NCBI GenBank assembly: GCA_002633005.1 | Contig: NMRA01000115.1 | Coordinates: 765,965 to 829,964, forward strand | Source: Phoronis australis | Lineage: Eukaryota; Animalia; Phoronida | Direction of reading: 5' to 3' | DNA length: 64,000 bases | In this document: positions 13,885 to 28,330 of the stretch, piece by piece | Numbering within the stretch: the stretch's first letter is position 1 | How the letters are laid out: every line of letters begins with the position of its first letter | Notes under the pieces: generated by a model | The model's database searches: none | Told to the model about the DNA's origin: nothing | Seen by the model: the letters and a program-made list of their open reading frames with translations, nothing else | Program-made: the position numbers and the translations under genes

Positions 13885-14195
13885 CTGAAAGTCAGAGATA
13901 ATGTCATGAATCAAAGGACAACATTTAGAACGTGAATTTTCAAAAATGATATAACCACGAAACTCTATTTCACATTTTCTCCTTAAAGCTACATCTGCGA
14001 GCTACAATACAGCTCACCATAATGCAAAATTGCCGTGACTTAGAGAATATTAACTAGACACCCTATTTTCACAGATTTGAATACGTTGTTACCAGTCCAA
14101 GTTGAGTTCGCAAACAATACGGTAAACACAAATGGAACTACTTTTACTGAACTAGTGAATAAGAACAAACTTAAAAATGCAACATTTTCACACAC

Positions 14196-14426
14196 CTTGA
14201 CTGTAAATGAAGTCTCAATTTCTTGCATTGTTGGCCCCGTGTCCTGCTCCATGGGTATGAGAGGTATAGTACTAAAGCTGTGGTACTTTGCCGGCCTATA
14301 GATTTTTGCTGGGCGTTTACTCGAGCGGACGGCCATTTTGATCTGCTGCGCCAAGTCTTTCTTTGCATTATCAAGCACCTCGAAACCACCGGTCTCCTTG
14401 TTGAAATGAAGTGGCTCGGGAAATGT
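14196..14426 (-). CDS. RGS22: RGS22-like, exon 4 (TFPEPLHFNKETGGFEV...FTVK)
   Basis: 77 codons, CAG/GT; similar to RGS22 TFSEAIRFNADYGVFEV. Confidence 0.92.
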
Positions 14427-15151
14427 CTGAAAGATTATTGTGACATTTGTAATATGCTTTTGTTGAAACTGAAAGACGATAATCATGTTGTCTCAATGTA
14501 TGCACATGGTGGAATGGAGCTATGAAAAATACAGTATATTTTCATTTAAAGCTCAGAATTATAAATTCAATCCATCAGAAATTCACATTCTTAGAAAAAC
14601 TGTTTGTTGAGTATGATGTAGCTGCTAAGCAAATGTTTAAAAACAGACGAGGTGTTCCTTTAGAAGTTTACTATGAACAAAATATTGGTTTAAGGGAGTC
14701 GTTATGCTTCAAATAATTATATTAAGGTATTGTAAAATATTTTTGAAGGGTTTCTTATTTTCACACTTTAAAAAGGAATCAATGATAATTCCATAACTAG
14801 AAAGGCCGCTGTCCACTGGATATGACATCTTAAATTTGTAATTAAGCTAATAAGAAAAGAATGCCCATGGGTGGTTTTTGAGAAAATTTCTGAAAGCCTG
14901 TCCGCAATCAGCCAGATTTCATAGACTGGTCAAGTTACTCAGTATTTCCTAATGATAAACAATTTCAAGTTGAACACCTAACACATGAACACAGCAATGG
15001 TAAAAGAAAAGATAGAAAAAACAAACAAAACAATGAATTTGCTCATTTTCGTTTGACAAAAATATTTTGCGGGGTTATTGGTGTTGGGTACGTGAGAACG
15101 TCATAGCATATTTGAGAAAACTTCCATGACAATCACCAGAGAGGTACTTAC

Positions 15152-15214
15152 TGGCAGTTTGAGATACTCATTAAAGTACTCCACAAACAGGTCATCAGTG
15201 GCAAGGAACTCTTC
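15152..15214 (-). CDS. RGS22: RGS22-like, exon 3 (EEFLATDDLFVEYFNEYLKLP)
   Basis: Matches the RGS22 motif LATDDxxVxYFNExLxLP; canonical splice sites. Confidence 0.93.
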
Positions 15215-17475
15215 CTGGAATTGACAAAAAAGGAACATTTGTTTGATAAAATATAGTTAAGTTATCAAATACTGCAGAGTGCACAAGGAGTAACAAGCCC
15301 ACGGGGGCACATGACTATATCTTTGACGGAGGCACTCGAAAACTGGAAAACACAATTAGAAACTCGTCTGAACTGGAAATTTCGTGGAAAAGTCACAAAT
15401 TGTTCTAGTTTTGTTAGTTAAATAAACCTATTTTATAGACATGCTTGACACTTATCTGTGTTAGTGTGAAATGGCATCTAAAATTCTCCTTGTCATGTTG
15501 TCCAAAATGATCGAAAGCCCATCAGTATATTTTTTGCAAACAAAGTTTTTCAGTACAGTCAACATTAAAAGTTGAATCCTTCTATGGATGTTTAGAGATG
15601 GAAAAAGAAACCTTTCATGCAGTCTGAAAGTGAACCCTTCAGTCAGAGATTAAGTCCGAAAAGATATCCTTCTACAGGTACTTTGTAAGAAAGGCGTCAT
15701 TTTGCAAGAAAACTGGTTGTGAAAAGTCACCCATCTCAACAGCACGTCATGTGTACCTCTACAATGGTAGTAACCCCTTTTCTTTCACAGCCGGCTTGGA
15801 CAACGTGTGTTGCTTGAATGGATTTCTTTTCAACCACAAACAGGTGCCCACATAAAATGAACAAGGCTGCAATTTTAATCCCATAAAGTTCGGTAGCCTT
15901 TCAAAGAAATCATCAGACAAGCCAATGTCACAGCACGAGGCAAATCAATTTTTCAGTCTTTTCACAATGGCCAAGGGTTTTTATTGTAATAAATGCCAGT
16001 GCTTGGACTGAAAAGTAAAACTTTCAGGACAACAATTACAAGAGCGTGGAAACTGGCATAAGGACTGAACCAACTAAAATCTAATTTATCAATACTTTTT
16101 CAAGAAATCTAACCTAATGGAACATTCTACAAATGGCTCTTGGGATACACAAGGTAATTTGTGAGGCATGTAACTTTACATTTTGTTTTAAACTGCACCC
16201 TAACATGTGTTAACACTGTATAAGTTGCAACAGTGCAGGTTGGGTAAAACACAACATAACTGTGTGCATTTCTAATTTAACCAAATTATACATGTTTAGG
16301 GCAACTGCACACAGTAAACACATAGCTAGACTATGTTACTATGTGTTGAGTGGTACAAAATCAACAGAGGAATCCCATAATGGAGGTCAGATAACACATT
16401 TCAAGCAAGTGGCTTGATTAGGAAAAGATCAGTTTGTCTACAGCACTGTAGATAGATTTGGTAAACTAAGCCACCTGATTTTGAGCCGCATGTACATTTC
16501 CTGGTTAGGAAAGTAACGGTTTCCTTTTTGGGTAAGGGTGTGTTAAAAGATGTCAAAGATAATTAGCATGACCGTGTAAACAATAACTCAGATTGTTTTG
16601 GTCAACAGTTTATCAAAAATAGAGCAATTATTACATTAAAAAATAACATGAAAGTTAAGACATAGTAAAAGCAGTTAGATCTGCAATCAGTAAATAATTA
16701 TGGCACATTATGGACACAATAATCTTTCTTTCCAGTGTGACTCAGGTACGGTAAAAATACCCACAAAAACAGGTCTTTTTCAAAGGCTTCTAAGATAGGT
16801 ATGAACGACCCACGATTTCTCAGAATTATTGTCTGGTGATAGCAATGGTATTCATGAAAAAATGAAAAACTGTAATTTCACTTGTCTGCAATGTTGTATC
16901 CTAAACTCTTGAAAATTTACCACACTTGACTACACTTCTGACACAGGGCACTGCTGAAAATTGGCATACCCGCTGATTTAGACAGTGGAATTGAAAAAAG
17001 GGATTCATTTGTTGGGAGCTTAAATGAAAACGTCATCCTTTCGTTTTCTGCCACAAACATCACCAATTTGTGGAGTTTAATTTATAAACCTGATACCTAC
17101 AAGAGAGCCACAAAACTTTCTAAAAGTAGAGGGAGCCACATGACACTCCAACGCTTTCATATCATCAAGCATTTTACCACAGCAGGTCAATAATGAACCA
17201 TGGTATGATAAGGCAGTCACTCTGAATGGGACTTGTTTCATGACTGACATGCATGACATGTTTCCAATTTCACACATGGTAGATTCACATGCATTGACAA
17301 ATTGGTCTTCAGGCTCTAAAAAACGATGGTTTATACTAGTAGATTGGCCATTTTCACAAATCCTTGAATTCAAACAAAACCAATTTGTGAATAAGAAAAG
17401 GGTCCAACAGTATTTATTACTGCTTAAATAGATTTCAAAATAACCATTATTCTGTCTAGGCTGCAGTTTACTTAC

Positions 17476-17504
17476 AAAGTCAAAGTCGTCCACTTGAGGA
17501 GGAT
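17476..17504 (-). CDS. RGS22: RGS22-like, exon 2 (29 nt, DPPQVDDFDF)
   Basis: TTTTCAG acceptor and GTAAGT donor; phases fit exons 1 and 3. Confidence 0.85.
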
Positions 17505-20500
17505 CTGAAAATAAAAGAGCATTCATTCAGGTTTTGAGCATGTGAGCAAATTGGTGGCAATGAGGTAGAAGACCACCGTTTTCTCCAACAGATGAAAATC
17601 TACCATCTACAGCTATGAAGTCCAAATCGTGGGCAATTACCATTAGCCACTTTTTGATAACATATCTGTGATACCTGGCACAGGCTTAGACTAACTAATG
17701 AAAAAAGGGGTCAGAAAAAAAGAACAAGTCTAGCTGCTCATATTACGATAAAAACATTGGGGAAAGGATGGGATCATGCCCATTGCAAAAAAAGTCATCT
17801 CCTGGTCAAAACTCATTTTAGAATCACATTTACCCCCCCCCCATTTCAACTCCTTCCAAAGTCACCATCAATTTCACTTTTGGTCCCCTCCATAGCTCCG
17901 TAGTTATTACTTTATCCTACAAGGGTGACAAATATCAGTTAAACACACGATACCTATTATTAACATCCCCACTTGCTGTTCTCACATCTCAAACCCAGAA
18001 CTTACGACAGCCATCATAACAATGGTACCTTACCGAATTAAAGAAATAATTATCAAACAGTAATCAAACTTACCCAGAAACTGCTTCCCTTAAACTTTGC
18101 ACAAAAAAATTATCGCAATTACCATTTTTCTATTTTTAAAGGCAGATTATGTTGCCATAAATAATGAAACTATACTCAATTTTGTTATGTGACATCTATA
18201 TAATAGAAATAAAACAAACTTAATTTCTTTAATCTCTATTTTGGCTGAAAATTTTGACATTAGACAAAATCTCACTCTTCTAGTGTTCTGAGTATAGCTC
18301 ACCTAATAACGTTTTATGCAGGATACTAAAATTATCGTATAGACCGTTCACAATCAACAACCCTTTAACAAGTGTTCAAACTTCATGCTTCATAAGAAGA
18401 GGTGTGTTGCCACCAAAATAACAGTGTTAAACAACAAAATTCAATGGTTTACATTGGTTTTTCACTGCACCAAAACATGATGAAACAACCAACTGCTGAA
18501 ATATCACTTCAAGATCTAACTATAAAATATTGCGTGCTCATAAGGCAGGGCCCCCACTCATTTNCCCCCCCCCCCCCCAGACAATGCCAATTTCATTAAT
18601 AAAGTGTTGTCAGGATAAAGATTAATGTATCTTAGCAATAGGCATTTATAATGGTTACTCAAGAGCATTTAGATAGAGTGAACAGTAGATTGGTTGTCAT
18701 GGTTACAGAAAGATTTCTTGGTTGAAGTAAGCTGATTTCCTGCATTATTATATGACAAAGAACAATAGTAACATAAAAGCACACATACAAGGTTGAACAA
18801 CTATCATGTTCAGTGTTGGCTCCAGGCTACATTTTTGCATCATTTAACATAACCTAGCTGGTATAAAGACACATATTGACTTTATGGATGCATTACTTTG
18901 GATGCACTTTTTAAAAATTGTAAGTAATTGGACTGAGGAAATGAGAATCAATTGGGGTTTTTGTTATGTTCCTGTAATGTCCATTAATAAATGTGCCTCA
19001 GAAATTGACTCCCATAATGCATTATTCATCATTCTATGCCAGTGTACTCATTTTGGCATGTCTTCAAGAAACTGAAATTGACTTCAATAATTTTGGAAGT
19101 TTAATGAACCCCAGTGTTTGGAATTGTAATGCAAACACTTCATATGAACCCATACATTTGGCTTAACAGACACCACTGAAATTCATCTTTAGAATCATGG
19201 CAAGATTCTGTTCTACTCAGTTTAGTCCTTGGAACACCTTCTATACGCTTAAAGTTTCCAAATGGGTTTGTCCCCGCACAAATCTAAATTTATACAGTAC
19301 TATAGTAGTTCGGATTATTCATCGCCCAGGAGCACTAAAGTTTGCAAATTCAGTCAGGAATAATCCCTGCTGAGCTAGGGGGTTTAAGGTCATGTAGGAC
19401 CTCATTGGCAGGTTTGCGCATTCAGCCAAGTACGTACCTACAAACTTACAGATTTTAGCTCAGCAAAGGTATAAGTTATTATATTTTCTAAAACTAGAAT
19501 GCCTGAAGAATTTGATCTTTAACGTTTTACTAATCGGCATTAATTAGGAAACGTGACGTCTTTTTAGTAAAATTTAGCAAAAGAAAGAATGTTACAATAA
19601 TACCAAACAACAGTAGCATCATCAAATTTCATTTAATAAAATGTTCAAGACAAGATCTTAAAAATGCTGTTACACTTTTACATCATATCATTTTCATTTT
19701 TTGAGTTATAACCTATTTCTTATAGCCCCTCATGCAAAAGCGCAACATTAAAAAAAAACAATAATTCCTTACAGAATTTTGAGCATAGTGCATAAAGTAT
19801 AGTATCTGAACGTTTCGTATGCATGCAGTCAGCCATTTCTGAGAAAATATGTTTCAAAGTTAACCAAATTTTTCTAGGGTCCTACATTTTTCAGAAGTTA
19901 GGGGTGGCCGTTAACATTGACCCTTGATTCTCCCAATGGCTGAACCACTTTTACACACAAGTACAGTAATTTTAAAATGGACATTAGTCAAAAAAAAGTT
20001 TAAAATCGTCTTCAGTAGTCCTCGTTTTTCTACTCAAATCTACCAGGGTGCTATGGAAACTGCTCTGTCTTAATAAAAAGTGCAACAGGCTTGTATTCCC
20101 ATAACAGATTACCCTAATCTTTTGCTAATTTTGGACAAAAATAATTGCCAAAATCACATTCTTTTTTCATTTTTCAAGGGCCTCTAGTATTTTTGAAACT
20201 TTGTCTGATGGTAGTTAATGTACAAAACATTATTGGCACCGGAGGAGGGCAAAATGGGTGGCAGCCTAGGGGCACTTAACAATGAATAGAAGTGAAAAAA
20301 GCCAAAGTGAACAGCTTGTTGTTGAAGGCCACAAGGGTGGTTGGAGGCAGAGGGGATATTGGACACTTAATAAAAACAATAGGTGCAAAAACCTAAACCA
20401 AAACACAAATTTGTTGTCCTTGATAGTTACCACTACACGCAACATTGATTATCTAAATTAGGAAGGATGTTGCGTTATAAAGGGATGCGTGTTAATGCGT

Positions 20501-23500
20501 CTCAATGCGCCTACAAATTTTGCTTTATCCAAAGAGAAGGCTTAACTGGTCATAAGCATGTTTCTAAGGAAGCTCTCCTAATCCTTAATCAAATTCATAA
20601 ATCATTCAACTCACAATCAACCACAAATTATCCAGACAGGGCAAACAAGATTCCATAGTACTAATTCCCAGTTTTGTTATCTCCAATAGCTCACTAGAAA
20701 GACATTTTTCAAACACCCCAATTTAAAAGTAAACACAAAGGTGTGGAGCAGAAGAAAACAGTATATGTTGTGCTTCAAAATATTCACTTGATCTTAGTGA
20801 TCCAAAACCAATTACACAAAAAGTCTCCAGTATGAAACAGTCTCCAAAATTTGGAACAACTCAATTCAAGCCGAAATTTTCTTGGTTATGAAGATGGGCG
20901 TGGGCGATTTGGTGTTCATCACATTTCTATCAATAAGAGGATTTTTATGATTTTTTTATTTAACAGCTCATAAGTTGCATAAAACGAAAACTGTGACAGC
21001 ATTTTTGAGATTTCATCTCAAACAATTGTATCAAGCAAAATTTGGTCATGTTTTGCAACCGATGCTCCATTATTTTTTGTTATATTTTACTAAAAAGACA
21101 TGATCATGTGACTAAATTACTAGCAGATTGGTAGAAAGTCTAAACGGCCTTTTCTCATAAAATCTGAGGTATATTCATAATATATTTTACTTAGTATGCA
21201 ATGGTTTGATAGTATTATTGATATTAATACTTTATTAGCAGATTGCTGATATCTATAGAAATTTGTTTTAGCTTTCACTTGAGTCAGTGGCCCATGGACT
21301 GCATCCACATGTTTTGATGAACTCCAAAGTAAACTAGATTATGTAATGGTCATTCACAAAATGATTGCCTTGAGACAAGCAACAAGACTCCAATTTTCTG
21401 TTAAATGACCTCAATCTTAGTTGCCTTCTGAAGTTGACATCCTCCTGTCTGTGTAGGGAGTGGGGGTTAGGTCCTAGCCATCTATGGTGGCAATTACGAA
21501 TAAAAAGTTAGACCTACCAACGTATACAGGCCCAATGAAATAGCTCATTGTATACTAGGCAGGCCAAGATGATATGGCACCCTCTTGCAATAACTTCTCT
21601 GAACTATGATTCCGAAGTTGATGTGATGATTCACGCTCAAATTCACAGTTAACATCAAAGCTTTGAAAGCGAAATTAACTGTATAGGAATGGGCCTAAAA
21701 ATCAACTTTTACAGGCTTTTTGTTTTCAGAAAATATGTACTTTTACTAAGTTAAAATCTATAGTTTTGTAGATAAATACGGCTAAATACATCAGCAAATG
21801 GACAAGGTCCCTGGGCATAACCTTAACTTAATACATGACCCAAATAACATCAGGAGTACACTAGCACTAATTATCCGCAGATGTTATCAGTTTTTAATGG
21901 ATTATCATCTTCATCAAAGGACCAATGATAATAAGGCATGATCTAATATGAATACTGGAGCAACTGGAAACAACAGAATGTAGGCGCTGGATGGTGGCTA
22001 GCATGTGGATATAGCTTGCAGGGCAGTAACCCAACTAGTTGTCCAGTGTGGAACTCCACATTCACTAGGTAGTGTTAGTGAATACAGGTCCCTCTTTTTG
22101 GCATCTGAATAGATTGCTAACTGCACCTATAAGTCTTCAGCAATGGGGACATTCGCATGATAAGAGCTGGGGAGGGGGCATTTACTAGAAACTTGGGTAG
22201 GTATATTTCAAAAAAATTTCATGTGAATGGGTCACTTTTCAAACAGGTTACAGGCATTATGCGTTTAGCGGTGTGATTTTGACCATATCGAGGATTTCAG
22301 ATGCCTCTTCTTAAATAGCCAAGAGTACTGTAATGGGAATGGAAAGTGATTACATTGTGCCCCCCAGCAACCACTCCAAACTGGAGACTAGGCAGTAGCT
22401 CTTGTACCAACATATTAGTTCAAATCGGCAGAATTCAACAAAAGCAACTTTATTAAAATATAAAGCTCATGCTACATTCCATTTGTGTACCATATAGATT
22501 AGCCCTGGCGTTTCTTTTTCGATATCAAAGAATAACTGGGAATTTTCCAGCTACAACTTTTGACTAAACGTATTTTCCCATTGAGAAGTGACAAGAGTTA
22601 AAACCAAAATGACAAAATTTCCTGGACTGCCTCAATACAGTGACATCACAGTTTCCGTTCCCATTCCACTTCCAGTATTTTCCACACACACTGGTGGAAG
22701 TCCAGCATCCAAACCCAAAGGCTATAAAACAGCTCCATATCAATAAAAAGGGCAAGTCAAAAGACTCAGCCTAGAGATTTATGTCCTAGTGAAAAACATG
22801 AGCATTAACACACCAGAATGAAATCAATTGCATATGAATGAAAAGCCACCATTCATTAGGTTTAATTAACCTAATAATCAATAACCCTTTGTACAACTAT
22901 ACATTATGATTAGAAACCTAGGGCTACATCAGGATTGGAAAAAAAAACATCCAGCGAATACTCAGATTTTATAAAGACTTGATTTGAAATTTTATACCAA
23001 CCAATTTGCTACACATGCAGTTCTCAGAAATTATGTCATTAACAAATCCAATTTTTGACCGGCATATCTAACACAACCTGTCTGAAATAGTGGTGTATAA
23101 AAAACAATGAAGGAAACCACAAACATTTATTCAGCTTTGGAGTATCAAGAAGAAAACAACCAGTGAATTGAAATAGGTAAACACTACGGCCAATCAGATG
23201 CTGTAAATCCCACTTGGTATCAGTATGTCCCAAATTCCACCCCCCCCCCTCTTCCATAGGAAGTGTGCATCATCCTTGCTCGTGGTTCTCATTCAGTGTC
23301 CAAGCGAGTGCTCAGCAGACGTGAAAGTCATGCGAGACATCACGAGAGATCACCATTCCTGCAATGGTGGTTTTGGCCATAGGAACGGAGTTTGATCATT
23401 GGACCTAAGCATGTGCTGTAGAATTTGCAATGTTAATGAATTTCGACTGATCAGGACTAACTATGAGACTTGTCGTTGCATACTGTCATTTCAAACTTAC

Positions 23501-23657
23501 AATTGTAGGAGAAGAACGGATTACATGATTGAACAAGTTTTCGCAGTGTCAGCCACTTCTGAGTTTAGACATGCATGTGAAGCGAAATATGTAATTTATG
23601 CTACTGGAGATTGATCACTGACTGATTTCCAAGAAAATTGCATCATCCTCTGAAATT

Positions 23658-23827
23658 GCTGTTAAACGACAACTCCAGGGCCTTAGACGACGAGTCGGAC
23701 ACTTTATTCAAATCAGACTGTGACAAATGTAATCAAGGCGGGGCTGTTAAACGACAACTCCAGGGCCTTAGACGACGAGTCGGACACTTTATTCAAATCA
23801 GACTGTGACAAATGTAATCAAGGCGGG
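23658..23827. repeat. Perfect 85-bp tandem duplication
   Basis: Two identical units starting at 23658 and 23743. Confidence 0.9.
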
Positions 23828-26800
23828 GTTCCCATATAGCCTCTCTGATACCCATTATGACCTTTACTCGTGATGCAGGGAGTTGTTATTCATGAACGCC
23901 GACAGAGGGCAACGCAATTTTCGCCAAAGTCAGTCTGCCTGTCATCAACCACAGTAGGAGCCAGGAGGCAGCTCCACAAGGTTGGGAGAAGAACTTGAGT
24001 TAAGAGGTGTTTTATCATTAATCTATGTATTAAGTATATCACCTGGAATAATGATATGTCTATCATCTAATCCACTGATTTTACACTATAACCACACGGA
24101 TCGTCAATTTCCTCACCTGGTGTTGCCTAGCGCAAATGAAAACCTTTTTAGCATGCAATGAGAACAATGATGGTAAAATAATTTTGATGTGATTTGATAG
24201 ATGCCACAGTAGCTGTGGAGTTGCAACCTCGCGTATTGTGTGGCATTATGGGAAAGCCTCAGTGAACATCGAGAGGCAGTATGGTAATTCAATGTGGACC
24301 CAGATTGCCTCTCCATTCTTGAAAGCTGCATGCTGACCCAATCAAACACTAGTTTAAGTCTAACATTTGAAAATTCAACTCAACAGAAGAATACAGTTTG
24401 CTCATCAATACAAACAAAGAAAAATAAGACAAATATGGCTGTGATAAATTCACGAATTTTGGACAAGAATAAATGCCAAAACTAATTATCTTTTATTTTC
24501 AAAGGCTTCAAACATTGTTGCAAATGCCCACAATTTCACATAAAACTCAAAAAAGGAATTTATTTTTGGGAATGTGTGAAAAATTCACCTCTACCATATA
24601 TTCTGTTCTATAATGGTGAGACTTTACATTGTGTACAATGAATTCACCCCTACATTGTGTAGACCTATTAGCTACTATCCATAGGTCACCAGAGTGTTAT
24701 GTTTGGTTTAGAATGGATATACCTGCTCAGGTAGAAAAGCAAACAGTAGTGACAATGACTGAACACAAGGATAACTGTTCCCAATGGACTCAACACAAAG
24801 TGGGTCTGTGATTGGTATTTGCTGGATTTGATGTGGACCCAGATAAAAAGGATCAGCAACACATGTAGGCTGATCTTCCACAAACCACAGTCTGCACAGT
24901 GCTCACCATAAAATCTCCCCCAATTTCCCAAGCAAAAATATTTGCCAAAGTAGATAGTCTTCCATTTTTCAATAGTTAGTTCTCGGATTATTGGGAATGA
25001 CCAGTAATTTTTCAGAACTTGACAACTGTTAAATTATTGACGTTTTATGAACAAAATGAGTGATTGAGAATTCATTTGTGCTAAATTGGTGAGATTTTGT
25101 GGTAGGGAAAGGAAGGGGGAGATAATAATATTAAAAATGAAATAGTACCTACCCAGCTGAGGTACCTGAGAAGACAAAACTCCAGCTCTTAACACCCCTT
25201 CTTACATGACTGCCTCCACCCCNCCCCCCGGAAATCAGATGATTTACTGTAGCTGTGTGAGAAGACCATCATGGCATTATGGCCATAACATAATTCTCCG
25301 AAGGAAAATAAAAATGAAGCCGGTGACAGGCATGAACTATGTGAACTGAGAATGACAAAACATATGTCTATGATATCATTAGGATACCAAATTTTAAACC
25401 TCAGAAGCTAGAAACCATCTTAACTCCTGAATACCATTGAGTCGCTATATTAGCTATTGATAACAAGAAACCATGGCTTACTGGCATTTTCTACTGTTTT
25501 ATTTTTGTTGGTGGTCAGAGGGGGCCCGAACCCATCATCCAAGTCTGCCCATGTGCCTCTGTAAAAGCAGTCACTAAGTAATTGCAGCCATTGGCCATTG
25601 AGCAAAAATGATTTTATGGAAACCAAAGCTTCCAGCGAGATGTCCATTTCATTCTAACTCCATTTGTTTCGTCAGTCCAATTCAACTCATTTACTGCTAT
25701 AAATATCTGCAACAAGTCAGATTTTTACTTTACTTCACTTTGAATCATACCCATTCTTTGATCTCTAACTCCTTTCCTTCCAGTGGAATACAAAAGTTCA
25801 AGCAACCAGGTAGTATTTACATAGAAACGTAGGATGAACATAGGATACCTAAGTTTTTATAAATCAAACAAAACCTGATCTCTATACCATCGAACCTGTG
25901 TTGTCAAGTGGCTTGGCAAACCTCAGGTTTGTTCAATTAAAACATGATCGATTTAACAAAAATGACGTGTTTTTTTCATTTATAAAATGATCTCATAAAG
26001 CCTTAATTTGTCAAATGTAAACCAGTGTTCAAATAGAGTCAAGTGAAACTTAAGCTGACATTTGTAAGTCTGTGATCATTTCTGAAACTTGAGTGACTAG
26101 ATCACCATCATTAATATAGATTCAGTTTTGCAAACAGATCTTATTAGTTAGTGAAATTAAAACTATGTAAACCAATGATTTTTTTTTTAAACCTGGACAA
26201 TAGGGTCACCATCTTATTTGTCTGGATTCAGCTTTGTCAAAGGAGCTTATTACCTTCAAGTTGGTGAAATCATGACAAAGTAAACACACGATCCAAACTA
26301 AAACCCTTTCTCAACTTTAACTCAGTGGTTACATTTTGAAATTTATACCGGGTTCGCATCCAGGCTAAAATACTAGTACTTTTTGCTAGCCACAAAAACG
26401 CAAACTGAACAGTCCCAAGGGTCACTTTTGCAGAGGTGCGAGTTATCCAAAAACTTCTGGCATTTTTGCTGGCACTTTAGAAGCCAGACGGCTTACTTTA
26501 AAGGACACATATGAACAGTAATCAGAAGCCTTTGTTCCACCATTCCTTCAATTAATTCATGGCAGAGAGTGAACATGTTTTGAAATCAATTTTTCGCTCA
26601 AAAGCAACTTGAGTGGTGAGGAAACAAACCAACTGCTGGTGAAAATTACCCCATTGCAAATAGCTTGCCTGTCTGGCTAAAATGCTTAAAGCATTCTCGC
26701 TAACATTTTAGCCATTAACAGTGCCAGCGTTTTCACCACTCATGTGAACATAGTATAATAGTTTAAAAGTAGTTTTTCATCTGAATCACCGTTTTACAGT

Positions 26801-27743
26801 AAAAAAATACATTTCGAGATAATTGCGAGTGGGAATTAGTCCATGCAGCCAGCAGAGCAGGTGGCTACAATGCAAGTAGTCTAAACTGAAGAGTTTCAGG
26901 TTTGACTCTCTGGAACTGAACCTGGAAAATGACTTTTCTGACTGATAATGTCACTTTAACAATTTATCTCATCTAGTAGGGAGGGTCAAGATATACAATC
27001 TACATAGTTTTCCTATAAATCCTCTCACTACACAAATACATTCTTGGTCCCACTCTGTCCACAACTAAACTTAAACATTTGGCAAGGGGCTAATCCCCAG
27101 CTCAGGTACTATTTGCACAATCAAGTATAGTCTGCTAATGGACTAAATTGGTATATTAAACTGCAGGTAATACCCACAATAGATGCTGAGTTTAAATAGA
27201 GACTAACCATAATAGTCTATATCGATTTATAACTAATAGGACTTACTGGCTTCTGGTGTAGTCAGTCAGTTGAGGATCAATTTATTGAGACTGCATGCAT
27301 ATTTGGTAACTCAATAGTGTGAGATGTTTTCTTACATATCTTGTTTAGCTGGGGTAGTAAATCACTTACAGAAAATTAATGTTCACAAATACAAACTTGA
27401 CAAATGCAATATGATCATTTCACATTCAGATATCCTAACATGTTACCACATGAAGCCAGTCCTCTTGGATATTTTTTTTTTCATACTGTGGTCTTTGTAT
27501 GCCTAAATCGATTAAGTTTCATGTAGGCCTAGAGTGAAATTTAATCTCACAAAGAAAACTTATAATATTGGCCTAAATAACATTAAAATGCATGTCATTT
27601 TTACAACTTTTACAGTAGGCTTTTTGAAGATCTGAACTAGGAACGGTTGCAGTCATGGGTCCAGAATTTCTTTGACAAAAATTAAGCAGTGTCCATACAA
27701 TGTTTACTGTTAAAATAAAGCTCAAAGAAACAGTAAAACTTAC

Positions 27744-27777
27744 CAGACTTAATGATAAGTTCTTTGACTTTCTTCAT
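27744..27777 (-). CDS. RGS22: RGS22-like, coding exon 1 (MKKVKELIIKS, phase 1)
   Basis: ATG at 27777 and a G|GTAAGT donor. Phase 1 joins exon 2 to give D-PPQV, mirroring the vertebrate RGS22 N-terminus (MPEKRLTAEPPTIT, recalled). Confidence 0.7.
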
Positions 27778-28227
27778 GTTGACTATATCCGATCGGTAGG
27801 CCTACTAGACTTGAAGTTGTTATGAACACATTAGATTGACGTAAAGCTCTTCAAGTTGAAAGATGATAAAAGCTCTAGAAGAGAAAAAAAAATATCAAAA
27901 ATCGTAACAAAAAGTAATGACTATGGGGTCAATTTTTACTACAATGAAAAAATGGCACAATTCGCAAACCACACAACGGATTACAGTAGGCCTACATACA
28001 TGTTTGTTGAAAAAACGAATATAGGCACAAAGGTGAGATAGACCCCTTCACAACACACACACACACGCACATAAGCCACAGATTCATGAGCTACTCGACT
28101 CGCAATCCTACGCTGGTATCAAGATACTAGGCACATGACGAGTAACGAAATCACTGCCTGTCACTGACACTGGTCAGTCCGGAGATAAAACTCTCATCGA
28201 AATGACGATTTCACAGTGGTTTAGTAC

Positions 28228-28330
28228 CTGCCTGAATTTTCCAAAAGATGATCAAATATCCTGAAGACCGACGTAGTCCCAGACAGCGTCATGTCGTCCG
28301 TGACTGTCCAAATATCAACCAAGTGTACTT
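28228..28330 (-). other. Putative 5' untranslated first exon of RGS22
   Basis: CpG-richer patch ending at a CAG|GTACTA donor about 450 bp upstream of the ATG exon; 5' boundary unknown. Confidence 0.35.
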
